From an uncultured Acidimicrobiales bacterium (lineage in GTDB: Bacteria > Actinomycetota > Acidimicrobiia > Acidimicrobiales > SHLQ01), in the NCBI GenBank assembly GCA_964610745.1, contig CAZSYL010000002.1, positions 43,112-107,111 on the forward strand: a stretch of 64,000 nucleotides of DNA, given 5' to 3'. How positions within the stretch are numbered: the first letter of the stretch is position 1; every line of letters begins with the position of its first letter. The notes under the pieces were generated by a model. It saw nothing but the letters and a program-made list of their open reading frames with translations, made no database searches and had not been told where the DNA came from. Positions 10,100 through 17,847 of the stretch are shown one piece after another. The translations under genes were made by a program, and so were the position numbers.

Positions 10100-10743
10100 T
10101 AGTTCGCTCCCTGCTTCTTCGCTGCGTTGCGAAGCAACACCGTGCCGCCCTTTGGGCCGGGCACATTGCCTTTCACGAGGATCAGGTTCTCCTCAGCGTT
10201 GGCTTCGACGACGGTGAGGTTCTGCGTGGTGACCTTGATGCCACCGCTGCGTCCAGCCATCTTCTTGCCCTTGAAGATGCGACCGGGCGTTGCGCACTGG
10301 CCGACAGATCCGGGCATGCGGTGCACTCGGTGTGCACCGTGGCTGGCTCGTTGGCCCTTGAAGTTGTGACGCTTCATGACGCCGGTGAATCCCTGGCCCT
10401 TGCTGACGCCGGTTGCGTCGACGAGTTCGCCTTCGGCAAGAACGTCGGCGCCAATTTCCTGGCCAATGGTGAATTCGCTGACATCGTCAAGGCGAAGCTC
10501 GACGAGCTTCCTGCCTGGATCGACGCCGGCTTTTTCGTACTGGCCGATAGCGGGCTTGGTGAGTCGATGTTCTTTCTGGGTGCCGACTGCGACCTGAACA
10601 GCGGAGTAGCCGTCGGTCTCAGGATGCTTGATCTGCACAATGCGGCATGGCGTGACCTTCAGGACAGTCACGGGGACGACCTTGTCGTCTCGCCAGACCT
10701 GCGTCATTCCCAGTTTTTCACCAACGATGGCTTTGGTGGCCAT
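10099..10743 (-). CDS. rplC: 50S ribosomal protein L3
   Basis: Track ORF of 214 aa, [17 protein letters not shown]...[31 protein letters not shown]. Confidence 0.97.
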   Translation of the reverse strand: [214 protein letters not shown]

Positions 10744-11196
10744 GGTTTCTCATTCCTTTGGGCTCTGAATCGAGCCTTGGTGTGAAAGTTCGTACGGTTT
10801 GGCTCATGGGGGTTAACCCACTCACGCGAACGCTCCGCATTGGCAGGGCCAAGCGGAGCGAAGTTTCGGTTTTGCTCACTGGTTTCCGGAGGCCTGGTGA
10901 GACGTCGATTGTGTTCTGAGAGACTCAGTTGTCCGGCTGTCGAAAGCGGTTTCACCGGGGTGATCCCACGCCGACGTCGAACGCACAGCTCGGTAACTCT
11001 AACCACGTTGGCTAAAAGCACCAACTCCATACGCGACCAATACCTGTTTCCGTGCCGCGCGGCACACGGGGCTACCGTTCAGGCTCTTCCCAGCCACTTC
11101 TACAGAATTTTGTCGGATCGAGCGCGCTATGCGCGTTCAGACATGCTCCGGGGCTGGATAAGCGATTCTGCTCACTCGGGCTGGGTGCGGTGACTC
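10744..11196 (-). promoter_or_regulatory. Long non-coding leader/promoter region upstream of rplC, where rpsJ would normally lie
   Basis: No S10-like ORF appears in any frame over 453 nt. The region contains several stem-loops: CGCTCCGC-N14-GCGGAGCG at 10831-10860, and a perfect 14-nt palindrome GTGCCGCGCGGCAC at 11052-11065. The function is inferred only. Confidence 0.4.
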
Positions 11197-11862
11197 ATGT
11201 ACCAGTCCCAAATCGATTCGTATTCTCGGTTCATGGACACCAACAACGGCGTTAGATATGGAGAATTCGGCGAGACTCAGCCGCCACAAACGCTGACCCA
11301 GAAAGCATGGGATGCAGCGAACGTTCGGGCGCTATCCCGGCAGGGTCGGGCAAGGACTCTCATCGTCGAGCACCGCGACAACTACATCGTTCAGCTGCCC
11401 ACCCCTGGCCAGCCCCGCACCGTTATCGAAGACGCTGTTGTGGACGATGTTGTTGATGAGGATTTTCAAGACGCCGATCCGGCTCGCCCAGAGACGGTGA
11501 AGGCCACCGGCCGTTTCGCTCATGCAAACGAGGTACGCGAACGAGTCGAGGCCTCAGAATTCCTGAGCAGCCAGCTCACGCTCCCGCCGGAGCCCCTTTG
11601 GTCGAGCGAAGCAGAAATGACGATCGCCGCTGTCCCGACGTCGAAACCACCATCTAGCAGCTGTTGGGACGAGCCCGTCGATTGGTCCGAATGTGTGGAA
11701 AGCCCGTCCTCGAGTGGCGACACGGTGATCACACTCAACGACCTCCGCGAACGTGAGATCGATCTTCGAGGCGGACAGGTTCTGCTCGACGGACAGCCTC
11801 GACCAAAGTCCATCGCCCGGCTGCGCCTCGCCTACTCGAACGATCATCACCAAACCGTGTGA
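11197..11862 (+). CDS. Hypothetical protein (221 aa, acidic, no recognisable domain)
   Basis: Track ORF transcribed divergently from rplC. Composition looks coding-like, but I recognise no motif. The start codon is uncertain. Confidence 0.4.
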   Translation: MYQSQIDSYSRFMDTNNGVRYGEFGETQPPQTLTQKAWDAANVRALSRQGRARTLIVEHRDNYIVQLPTPGQPRTVIEDAVVDDVVDEDFQDADPARPETVKATGRFAHANEVRERVEASEFLSSQLTLPPEPLWSSEAEMTIAAVPTSKPPSSSCWDEPVDWSECVESPSSSGDTVITLNDLREREIDLRGGQVLLDGQPRPKSIARLRLAYSNDHHQTV

Positions 11863-12048
11863 AGCGACGCTTCTAATCGCTGATAACGCTTTTCGTCAGC
11901 CTTCGTGGTTTTAAAGCACAACCCTTAATATCGCTGGTTCTTGATTGAGTATCACACCGGCTAGCATTGCCTGCCGGGTGCGTTTGATACGCGCCATGTC
12001 TGACCAGCCGGTCAGAATAGACGCACTGAACCAAGGGTTACGTTCGCC

Positions 12049-13197
12049 ATGATTACGGGCAAATTCTCACGACCGCGCTGGACCGCGTTCCTACTCATAC
12101 TCAGCCTCGTCGCAGCCGCGTGCGGTTCGAGCGAGACCACCGCAGACGATGGCACCGGCGAAGTCGATGCCGGCGACTGGGATGCCGTGCTCGCCGAGGC
12201 CGATGGCCAAACCGTCCAGCTGTGGATGTGGGGTGGCGACTCCGTGCTCAACAGCTATATCGAGGACACGGTCGCTCCAATCGTTGCTGAATCGGGAGTC
12301 ACCCTCGAACAGGTTCGCATCGATGCGACCTCCGATGGCATCGACCGAATCGTCTCTGAGGCCGAGGCAGGAACCGAAGACGGCGCCGTCGACCTGATCT
12401 GGGTGAACGGAAGCAACTTCTCCCAGGCCAAGGACGCGGGATTGTGGGCAAACGACTGGGTCTCCGGGCTGCCAAACGCGTCACTGCTCGACGCTGACGA
12501 TCCAACACTGTTCAACGACTTCGGTGTTCCAACAGACGGACAGGAAGCGCCGTGGAGCCGAGCAGCGTTCACCTTTGCCTTCGATTCGGCGAACATCGAC
12601 AATCCTCCGGCCACCTTTGAAGAGCTCGGCGAATGGGTTGCTGCGAACCCGGGTCGCTTCACCTACCCGGCTCCACCTGACTTCACCGGTTCGGCATTCG
12701 TTCGTCAGGCTGTCCAGGCCCTCGGCGAAGAAGAAGCGTTCGCTCTGCTCGCAGAAATGCAGCCGAACCTGTGGAACGGCGGCGAGAATCCCGTCGATGA
12801 AGCAGAACTCAACACCCTGTTCGGCAACGGCGAAGTCGACATTGCCATGAGCTACAACCCGAACTTCGTCCAGGTCAACGTCGACCAGGGCATCTTTTCG
12901 GGCGACACCCGCCCATACATCTTCGAAGGCGGAACCCTCCAGAACGTGAGCTTCCTCGCCATGCCCGCAAACGCCGGCTCATCGGCGGGTGCTCGGGTCG
13001 TCATGAACGCGATGCTCAGCGCTGAACTGCAGGCTGAGAAGCTAAATCAGGTCGGCGTTCCGGCAGTCGTCGATATCGGCGACGTTGCCGAGGCATCGGA
13101 CTTCCGCCTGACCGATTTCGGCGCACCGCTCGAAGAGCTCCCCGCCGATCAGGTGCCAGTTCTCGACGAGCGCTGGCGCGGCGAAGTACTGCGATAA
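12049..13197 (+). CDS. ABC transporter substrate-binding lipoprotein (extracellular solute-binding family, YnjB/PotD-like)
   Basis: 382 aa. The signal peptide has a lipobox (LSLVAAACGS). Overall resemblance to periplasmic-binding-protein type 2 is judged by eye. Cognate permeases lie 2 kb downstream. Confidence 0.75.
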   Translation: MITGKFSRPRWTAFLLILSLVAAACGSSETTADDGTGEVDAGDWDAVLAEADGQTVQLWMWGGDSVLNSYIEDTVAPIVAESGVTLEQVRIDATSDGIDRIVSEAEAGTEDGAVDLIWVNGSNFSQAKDAGLWANDWVSGLPNASLLDADDPTLFNDFGVPTDGQEAPWSRAAFTFAFDSANIDNPPATFEELGEWVAANPGRFTYPAPPDFTGSAFVRQAVQALGEEEAFALLAEMQPNLWNGGENPVDEAELNTLFGNGEVDIAMSYNPNFVQVNVDQGIFSGDTRPYIFEGGTLQNVSFLAMPANAGSSAGARVVMNAMLSAELQAEKLNQVGVPAVVDIGDVAEASDFRLTDFGAPLEELPADQVPVLDERWRGEVLR

Positions 13198-13240
13198 CGC
13201 AGCGAAGCACTGCGGTAACGCAGCGAACAAACTGCGATAC
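13188..13240. repeat. Tandem 21-nt repeat (2.5 copies), each copy carrying the palindrome CTGCG-NTAA-CGCAG
   Basis: The copies are ACTGCGATAACGCAGCGAA (13188-13206), ACTGCGGTAACGCAGCGAA (13209-13227) and ACTGCGATAC (13231-13240). The repeat overlaps the stop of the binding-protein gene and lies 45-97 nt upstream of the flavoprotein ATG. Confidence 0.8.
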
Positions 13241-13284
13241 CGAACCTAGAACGCGATCACTACCCCATCTTTCCGGAGAGAACC

Positions 13285-14733
13285 ATGGCACAAGCGACCA
13301 ACAGCTCAAACGACGAGGTCATCGATCTCGTAATCATCGGCGGCGGCAGCGCTGGCCTAATCGCGGCCAAGGGCGCCGGCCAGGTCAACGCATCGGTTGT
13401 CATGGTCGAGCCAAACCCGCCCGGCGGTGATTGCCTCTGGACCGGCTGCGTGCCGAGCAAGCGGATCCTCTCGGCTGCCCACGCCGCTCACGTGATGCGC
13501 ACCGCATCGAAGCACGGCATTACGAGTGTGGAGCCGCAGATCGATTTCACCGCCGTCATGCAGACCGTCCGAGACTCTCAAGACCATATCTCGCATCATG
13601 ATTCGGTCGAGACGCTCGAGTCTTATGGCGTCGAGGTCATCCCCGAGCGGGGCGAGTTTGTTGGCGAGGGTCGAATCAAAGCGGGCGACCGCATCCTGCG
13701 CTATCGCAAAGCAATGATCGCCACGGGCGCCACCCCGGTCGTGCCGGGTATCCCCGGCCTTCGAGAGGCCTCCCCTATTACTTCGGACTCGATCTGGGAA
13801 CTCGAGTCACTTCCCGAGCGCATGGTCGTTATCGGTGGCGGTGCAATCGGAAGCGAGCTCGGACAGGCGTTCGGCCGTCTGGGGTCGAAGGTGACACTCG
13901 TCGAAGCTGCCCCACGCATCCTTCCAATGGTCGGCGAACAGGTCGCGGAGGTCGTTGGCGCACAGATGCGTTCCGAAGGCATGACCGTCCTCGAAGGTGC
14001 CAAGGTCACCGGCGTCGAAGGAAGCACCACCGACGGAACAGCTGTGGTGATCGTCGACGATGAAACCCGCGTCCCTTGCGACCAGATTCTCGTGGCGGTA
14101 GGTCGCCGGCCAAACACTGCCGATATGGGCCTGTCGTCGGTCGGCGTCGATCTCGACGAACGTGGACATGTACTCATCAGCGACACGCTGCAGAGCACCA
14201 ACCAACACATTTATGCCGGTGGCGACGTCGTAGGCAAGATGCCCTTCACCCACACCGCTGGACACCATGGCGCGGCCGTTGTCATGAACGCGTTATTCAA
14301 GATCCCCCGAAAGTTCGATCACTCCAAGATCCCGTTTGCCATCTTCTGCGACCCTGAGGTTGCCAGCGTCGGCATGATCGAAGGTGACGAGGTCGAGACA
14401 CACCACTTCGACTACGACCAGCTTGATCGAGCAGTCACAAGCGGTAGCCCCCAAGGGTTCATCGACCTGTTTACCAAGAAGGGCAAAATCGTTGGAGCGA
14501 CCGTCGTTGGCCATTCTGCGGGCGAGACGATCAACGAGCTAACCGCCCGGGTCAACGCGGGGGCAAAGCTCCGGACCGTGGCATCGATGGTGCGCCCCTA
14601 CCCCACCTACGGTGAGGCGATCGCAAAGGCCGCGAACATCACACTCGGCGACGAGCTCTTCAACGATCGGAACAAAAAGGTCGCAGGCAAGGTCCTCGAA
14701 TTTCTCGGCAAGTTCGATTCGCCGGACGACTGA
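13285..14733 (+). CDS. Class I pyridine nucleotide-disulfide oxidoreductase (FAD/NAD(P)), MerA-core-like
   Basis: 482 aa. It has the FAD motif VIIGGGSAG, the redox-active pair GGDCLWTGCVPSK (C50/C55) and an NAD motif VVIGGGAIGSELG. The C-terminal interface motif reads PYPTYGE, with Tyr where the His of HPTxxE normally sits. GGAGAG lies upstream of the ATG. Confidence 0.88.
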   Translation: MAQATNSSNDEVIDLVIIGGGSAGLIAAKGAGQVNASVVMVEPNPPGGDCLWTGCVPSKRILSAAHAAHVMRTASKHGITSVEPQIDFTAVMQTVRDSQDHISHHDSVETLESYGVEVIPERGEFVGEGRIKAGDRILRYRKAMIATGATPVVPGIPGLREASPITSDSIWELESLPERMVVIGGGAIGSELGQAFGRLGSKVTLVEAAPRILPMVGEQVAEVVGAQMRSEGMTVLEGAKVTGVEGSTTDGTAVVIVDDETRVPCDQILVAVGRRPNTADMGLSSVGVDLDERGHVLISDTLQSTNQHIYAGGDVVGKMPFTHTAGHHGAAVVMNALFKIPRKFDHSKIPFAIFCDPEVASVGMIEGDEVETHHFDYDQLDRAVTSGSPQGFIDLFTKKGKIVGATVVGHSAGETINELTARVNAGAKLRTVASMVRPYPTYGEAIAKAANITLGDELFNDRNKKVAGKVLEFLGKFDSPDD

Positions 14734-14779
14734 CGCCATCGGCGGCAGGTCTCAACGTCCAACCGTGGTGAACGCCGGG

Positions 14780-15448
14780 TTAGCCGAGACGAGCTCGGCG
14801 GCGCAGTTCGTCGCGAAGGTCGGTCAGCGTCATCTCGCTGAGCCCGATCACGATGTACGAGAAGCGCTGAATGATGCTGATGCTGACAATGATGGCCCAC
14901 AGCCACATCAACGGCACGGTGAAGTCTCGCGCGATGAGGATGACCGACATAGCAACGATCGTCTCGGTTCCTTCCGCCAGACCGGCCGGGAAGTTGAGGC
15001 TGCGTTCGTCTCCAGCGTGATCGGTCCCCTCTTCGGAGACTGCATTCTCGGCAACGAGACTCGACCAGGCGAGAAACGCTGCACCGTTCAGGTAGTAGGC
15101 CAGAAACACGAACAACGCGGCGACACGGGCTTCTGGTACGGCCCAACCAATCGCGACCACCATGGCGCCATAGATCGCGAAGTCGGCCATGATATCGAGG
15201 AAGCCACCGAGGCGGGTTGGACCGACTCGGCGTGCAACCGACCCGTCAAGACCATCGATAAGGCGGTTGAGCAACCACATGCCAAGAGCAAGCCACCAGC
15301 GATCCGCAACGATCGCGACACACGCGCCGACACCGATCAGAAACCCCGTACCGGTGAGCGTGTTCGGTTGGACGCCACGGCTCGCGATCGCTGCCGCCAC
15401 GCGATCGAGAGGGTGATTTAGGCGTTGACGAACCGACGCATCAAACAT
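14780..15448 (-). CDS. CDP-alcohol phosphatidyltransferase family protein
   Basis: 222 aa, polytopic. It carries the signature DGLDGSVARRVGPTRLGGFLDIMADFAIYG, matching D-G-x2-A-R-x8-G-x3-D-x3-D. Confidence 0.88.
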   Translation of the reverse strand: MFDASVRQRLNHPLDRVAAAIASRGVQPNTLTGTGFLIGVGACVAIVADRWWLALGMWLLNRLIDGLDGSVARRVGPTRLGGFLDIMADFAIYGAMVVAIGWAVPEARVAALFVFLAYYLNGAAFLAWSSLVAENAVSEEGTDHAGDERSLNFPAGLAEGTETIVAMSVILIARDFTVPLMWLWAIIVSISIIQRFSYIVIGLSEMTLTDLRDELRRRARLG

Positions 15449-16261
15449 TTGCGTTCCTTGTTGGGCATGCTCCCGGCCGTTGTTCTGGTCGGCGGACTGA
15501 GCATTGCAGCTTTGGCTGGCGTTACTTCAGCATCGCTTCGTCCAAACGCGGTGCTAGGAGGAGCGTACGGCACCGATGCATGGGTCCGACTACTTGATGA
15601 TCCGATCTTTGTCGAAGCATTAATCTTTACAATCCGTGCCGCGGTGCTGTCCACACTCCTATCGGTGGCCATTTCCATACCCTTAGCCTTTGCCCTGCGG
15701 CGACACAGCGGCGTCACTCGCGCACTGGTCGGGGCGCCAATTCCCATACCGCACTTGGTCACGGCCTCGCTCGTTGTTCTTTGGCTTGGGCCCGGCGGGC
15801 TAGCGGACCGGGCGTTCTTCACGCTCCCGATCGTCCGAGATTCACTTGGCTTAGGTGTGGTGTTGGTCTATGTGTTGAAGGAAGTGCCGTTCCTCACCAT
15901 GTTGATCCTCGCGTCCCTCGGAGAGGAAGACGAGTCTCGAGAGGAGGCAGCTCGAACGCTCTCGCCGAGCCGATGGGCGCGCTGGCGCGGCGTGTTACTA
16001 CCCCAACTTCGTCGGCCACTCACACTCGGTTCGCTCGTCGTTGCCGCATTCGTGATCGGCAGTACCGAAGTGCCATTGGTCGTTGGACCACTTACACCTG
16101 ATGTGTTGACCACCTGGTCGATCAACGTCGTGCGAATTCGAGGGCCGATCGCTCGCGCCGATGCCGCCGCAGGCCTTGTCGTCAGCTCAGCGCTGGTCAT
16201 CGTGCTCGCGCTCATCATGATTTGGTTCGCAATGCGGGGCCGTTCGAGGAGACCGACGTGA
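15425..16261 (+). CDS. ABC transporter permease (first of two)
   Basis: 278 aa with multiple TM segments and a typical basic N-terminus (TNRRIKHLRS) before TM1. The start is TTG at 15425, or alternatively ATG at 15467. With the TTG start it overlaps the divergent 14780-15448 gene by 24 nt. Confidence 0.8.
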   Translation: MTNRRIKHLRSLLGMLPAVVLVGGLSIAALAGVTSASLRPNAVLGGAYGTDAWVRLLDDPIFVEALIFTIRAAVLSTLLSVAISIPLAFALRRHSGVTRALVGAPIPIPHLVTASLVVLWLGPGGLADRAFFTLPIVRDSLGLGVVLVYVLKEVPFLTMLILASLGEEDESREEAARTLSPSRWARWRGVLLPQLRRPLTLGSLVVAAFVIGSTEVPLVVGPLTPDVLTTWSINVVRIRGPIARADAAAGLVVSSALVIVLALIMIWFAMRGRSRRPT

Positions 16262-17070
16262 ATCGCCCGTCGACGAACGCTCCACCCAAGGTCCCAACCT
16301 TGCACACCTTCGCGCCGCGTCTGCTGATCTGGTCGATGATCGCGCTTTTGGTCGGGCCGTTCCTTCTGCTCCCGATCCGGATTTTTGCCGATGAGTGGCG
16401 AGCGCCGAATATCATCCCTCAGCGATTTGGTCTTCGTGGAATCAACCGTGTTCTGCAAGACGGCCAGCTCGTCGACGCGGTCACGAACTCGATAATCGTC
16501 GCCTCGGCGGCAGCGATCATCGGTGTGCTCGTCGCCTGGCCGGCAGCTCGATCCCTCGCAGCATTGAATGCGGCTCGGACAGCCTGGTTGGCAATCTTGC
16601 TACCGCTGCTCTTGCCACCACTCGTCGTCGGCGAAGGACTCCGGGTCTGGTTCCTTCGTGTTGGCCTCGCCGACTCACTGGCAGGCCTAGTGCTCGCGCA
16701 CCTGGTCTTTGTGCTCCCCTACTGCATTCTGATCCTGGCCCCGGGCTTTACCCCCGAACTCCTCCGACGTGAGTCGGCTGCGATGGTCCTAACGGGAAAC
16801 TTGTCTCAGCGGTTCTTCTCGGTGACGCTGCCCGCCCTGCGACGCCAGCTTGCACTAGCACTCGCACTCGGCTTCACGATCTCGTGGGCCCAGTACGGCA
16901 CCAGCCTCGGCGTTGGGGGCGGCGTCCCCATGCTCCCGTTGTTGCTCGTGCCGTTCATCCGCTCAGACCCGCAGGTTGCAGCGGTGCTCGATGTCATCTT
17001 GATCGTTCCACCACTCGTTGCCCTCGCGCTCTCCCAGAGCCGACGAGCCCAACAGTCGCTCCCGATCTAA
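16258..17070 (+). CDS. ABC transporter permease (second of two)
   Basis: I trimmed the track ORF (16222-17070) to the GTG at 16258, which overlaps the upstream stop (GTGA). It is a polytopic membrane protein. No ATPase gene follows. Confidence 0.78.
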   Translation: MNRPSTNAPPKVPTLHTFAPRLLIWSMIALLVGPFLLLPIRIFADEWRAPNIIPQRFGLRGINRVLQDGQLVDAVTNSIIVASAAAIIGVLVAWPAARSLAALNAARTAWLAILLPLLLPPLVVGEGLRVWFLRVGLADSLAGLVLAHLVFVLPYCILILAPGFTPELLRRESAAMVLTGNLSQRFFSVTLPALRRQLALALALGFTISWAQYGTSLGVGGGVPMLPLLLVPFIRSDPQVAAVLDVILIVPPLVALALSQSRRAQQSLPI

Positions 17071-17738
17071 GCCACGTCTTTGGCGCCGGCCTTTCGTGAG
17101 GCGGTGAACTTCCGAGCGACGAGCGTGCTGATGATGATGACCACGATCAGGGCAATAGACGCAAAAACGAACGACGAGCTCGACATATCGTCAGAACTTG
17201 CGGCCACAAAGGTCGCGAGCGCAGTGCCGGGCGTGATGCCGATCGCCGATGCCGCGATGTATCTGCTCGGCCGGACCGACGTCAGCCCCGCCGCGTAGTT
17301 CAATCCGTTGAACGGGACAATCGGCATCAAACGAAGGATCAGGATCGATAAGAAGTCGTTGTCCATCAGCCAGCCGTCGATCGAGGTCAACCGTTCGCCG
17401 AGCAGTTCGTTCATCCCCTCCTTGCCAACAGCGCGCGACACGAAGAACGCAATGATTGCGCCGACGAGCGCAGAGACGAGCGCGACCGGGAAACCCACGG
17501 CAAAACCCAGGACAGCTCCGGACGTGAGCGTACCTATCGTGCCGGGCACCATGAGCACGACACCCACGATGTAGACCGCCATAAAGGCAGCGACTCCCCA
17601 CCGGCTGTCGGCGGCACTCTCGAGCAAATCTCCCACACCCTCGGTGCCCATCACCGCAATCGCCACCGCCGCGCTAATCAGCACGACTGCCAGCACGATC
17701 AACCGGATCAACGCAAGCGAAAGTTGGGGACGTCTCAT
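17067..17738 (-). CDS. TVP38/TMEM64 (DedA-superfamily) membrane protein
   Basis: 223 aa. LILRLMPIVPFNGLNYAAGLTSV together with the flanking TM helices is characteristic of the TVP38/TMEM64 family. Confidence 0.82.
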   Translation of the reverse strand: MRRPQLSLALIRLIVLAVVLISAAVAIAVMGTEGVGDLLESAADSRWGVAAFMAVYIVGVVLMVPGTIGTLTSGAVLGFAVGFPVALVSALVGAIIAFFVSRAVGKEGMNELLGERLTSIDGWLMDNDFLSILILRLMPIVPFNGLNYAAGLTSVRPSRYIAASAIGITPGTALATFVAASSDDMSSSSFVFASIALIVVIIISTLVARKFTASRKAGAKDVA

Positions 17739-17847
17739 AAGCTCATCACTCGTGGGAATGTTAGAGCGGTCACGACGGGCTTCCCCTTACCAGGAACCAC
17801 TCATCTCGCCGATCGCCGGCGCGTCTCGACCCCCCAGAAAGTTCTCG

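Noticed and set aside
10860-11030. tRNA-like (TAGCCAACGTGGTTAGAG / GTTCGAC) and SRP-RNA-like (CCTCCGGAAACC) strings on the minus strand of the rplC leader
   Set aside because: I could not fold a cloverleaf: the T-stem and acceptor pairings fail. The GGAA loop lacks the flanking SRP domain IV helices. I treat it as part of an unclassified leader.
17644-17847. N-terminal 68 codons of the radical-SAM track ORF
   Set aside because: This part overlaps the 5' end of the divergent TVP38 gene and encodes low-complexity Ala/Ser/Thr/Ile sequence. The ATG at 17848 gives a sensible N-terminus.
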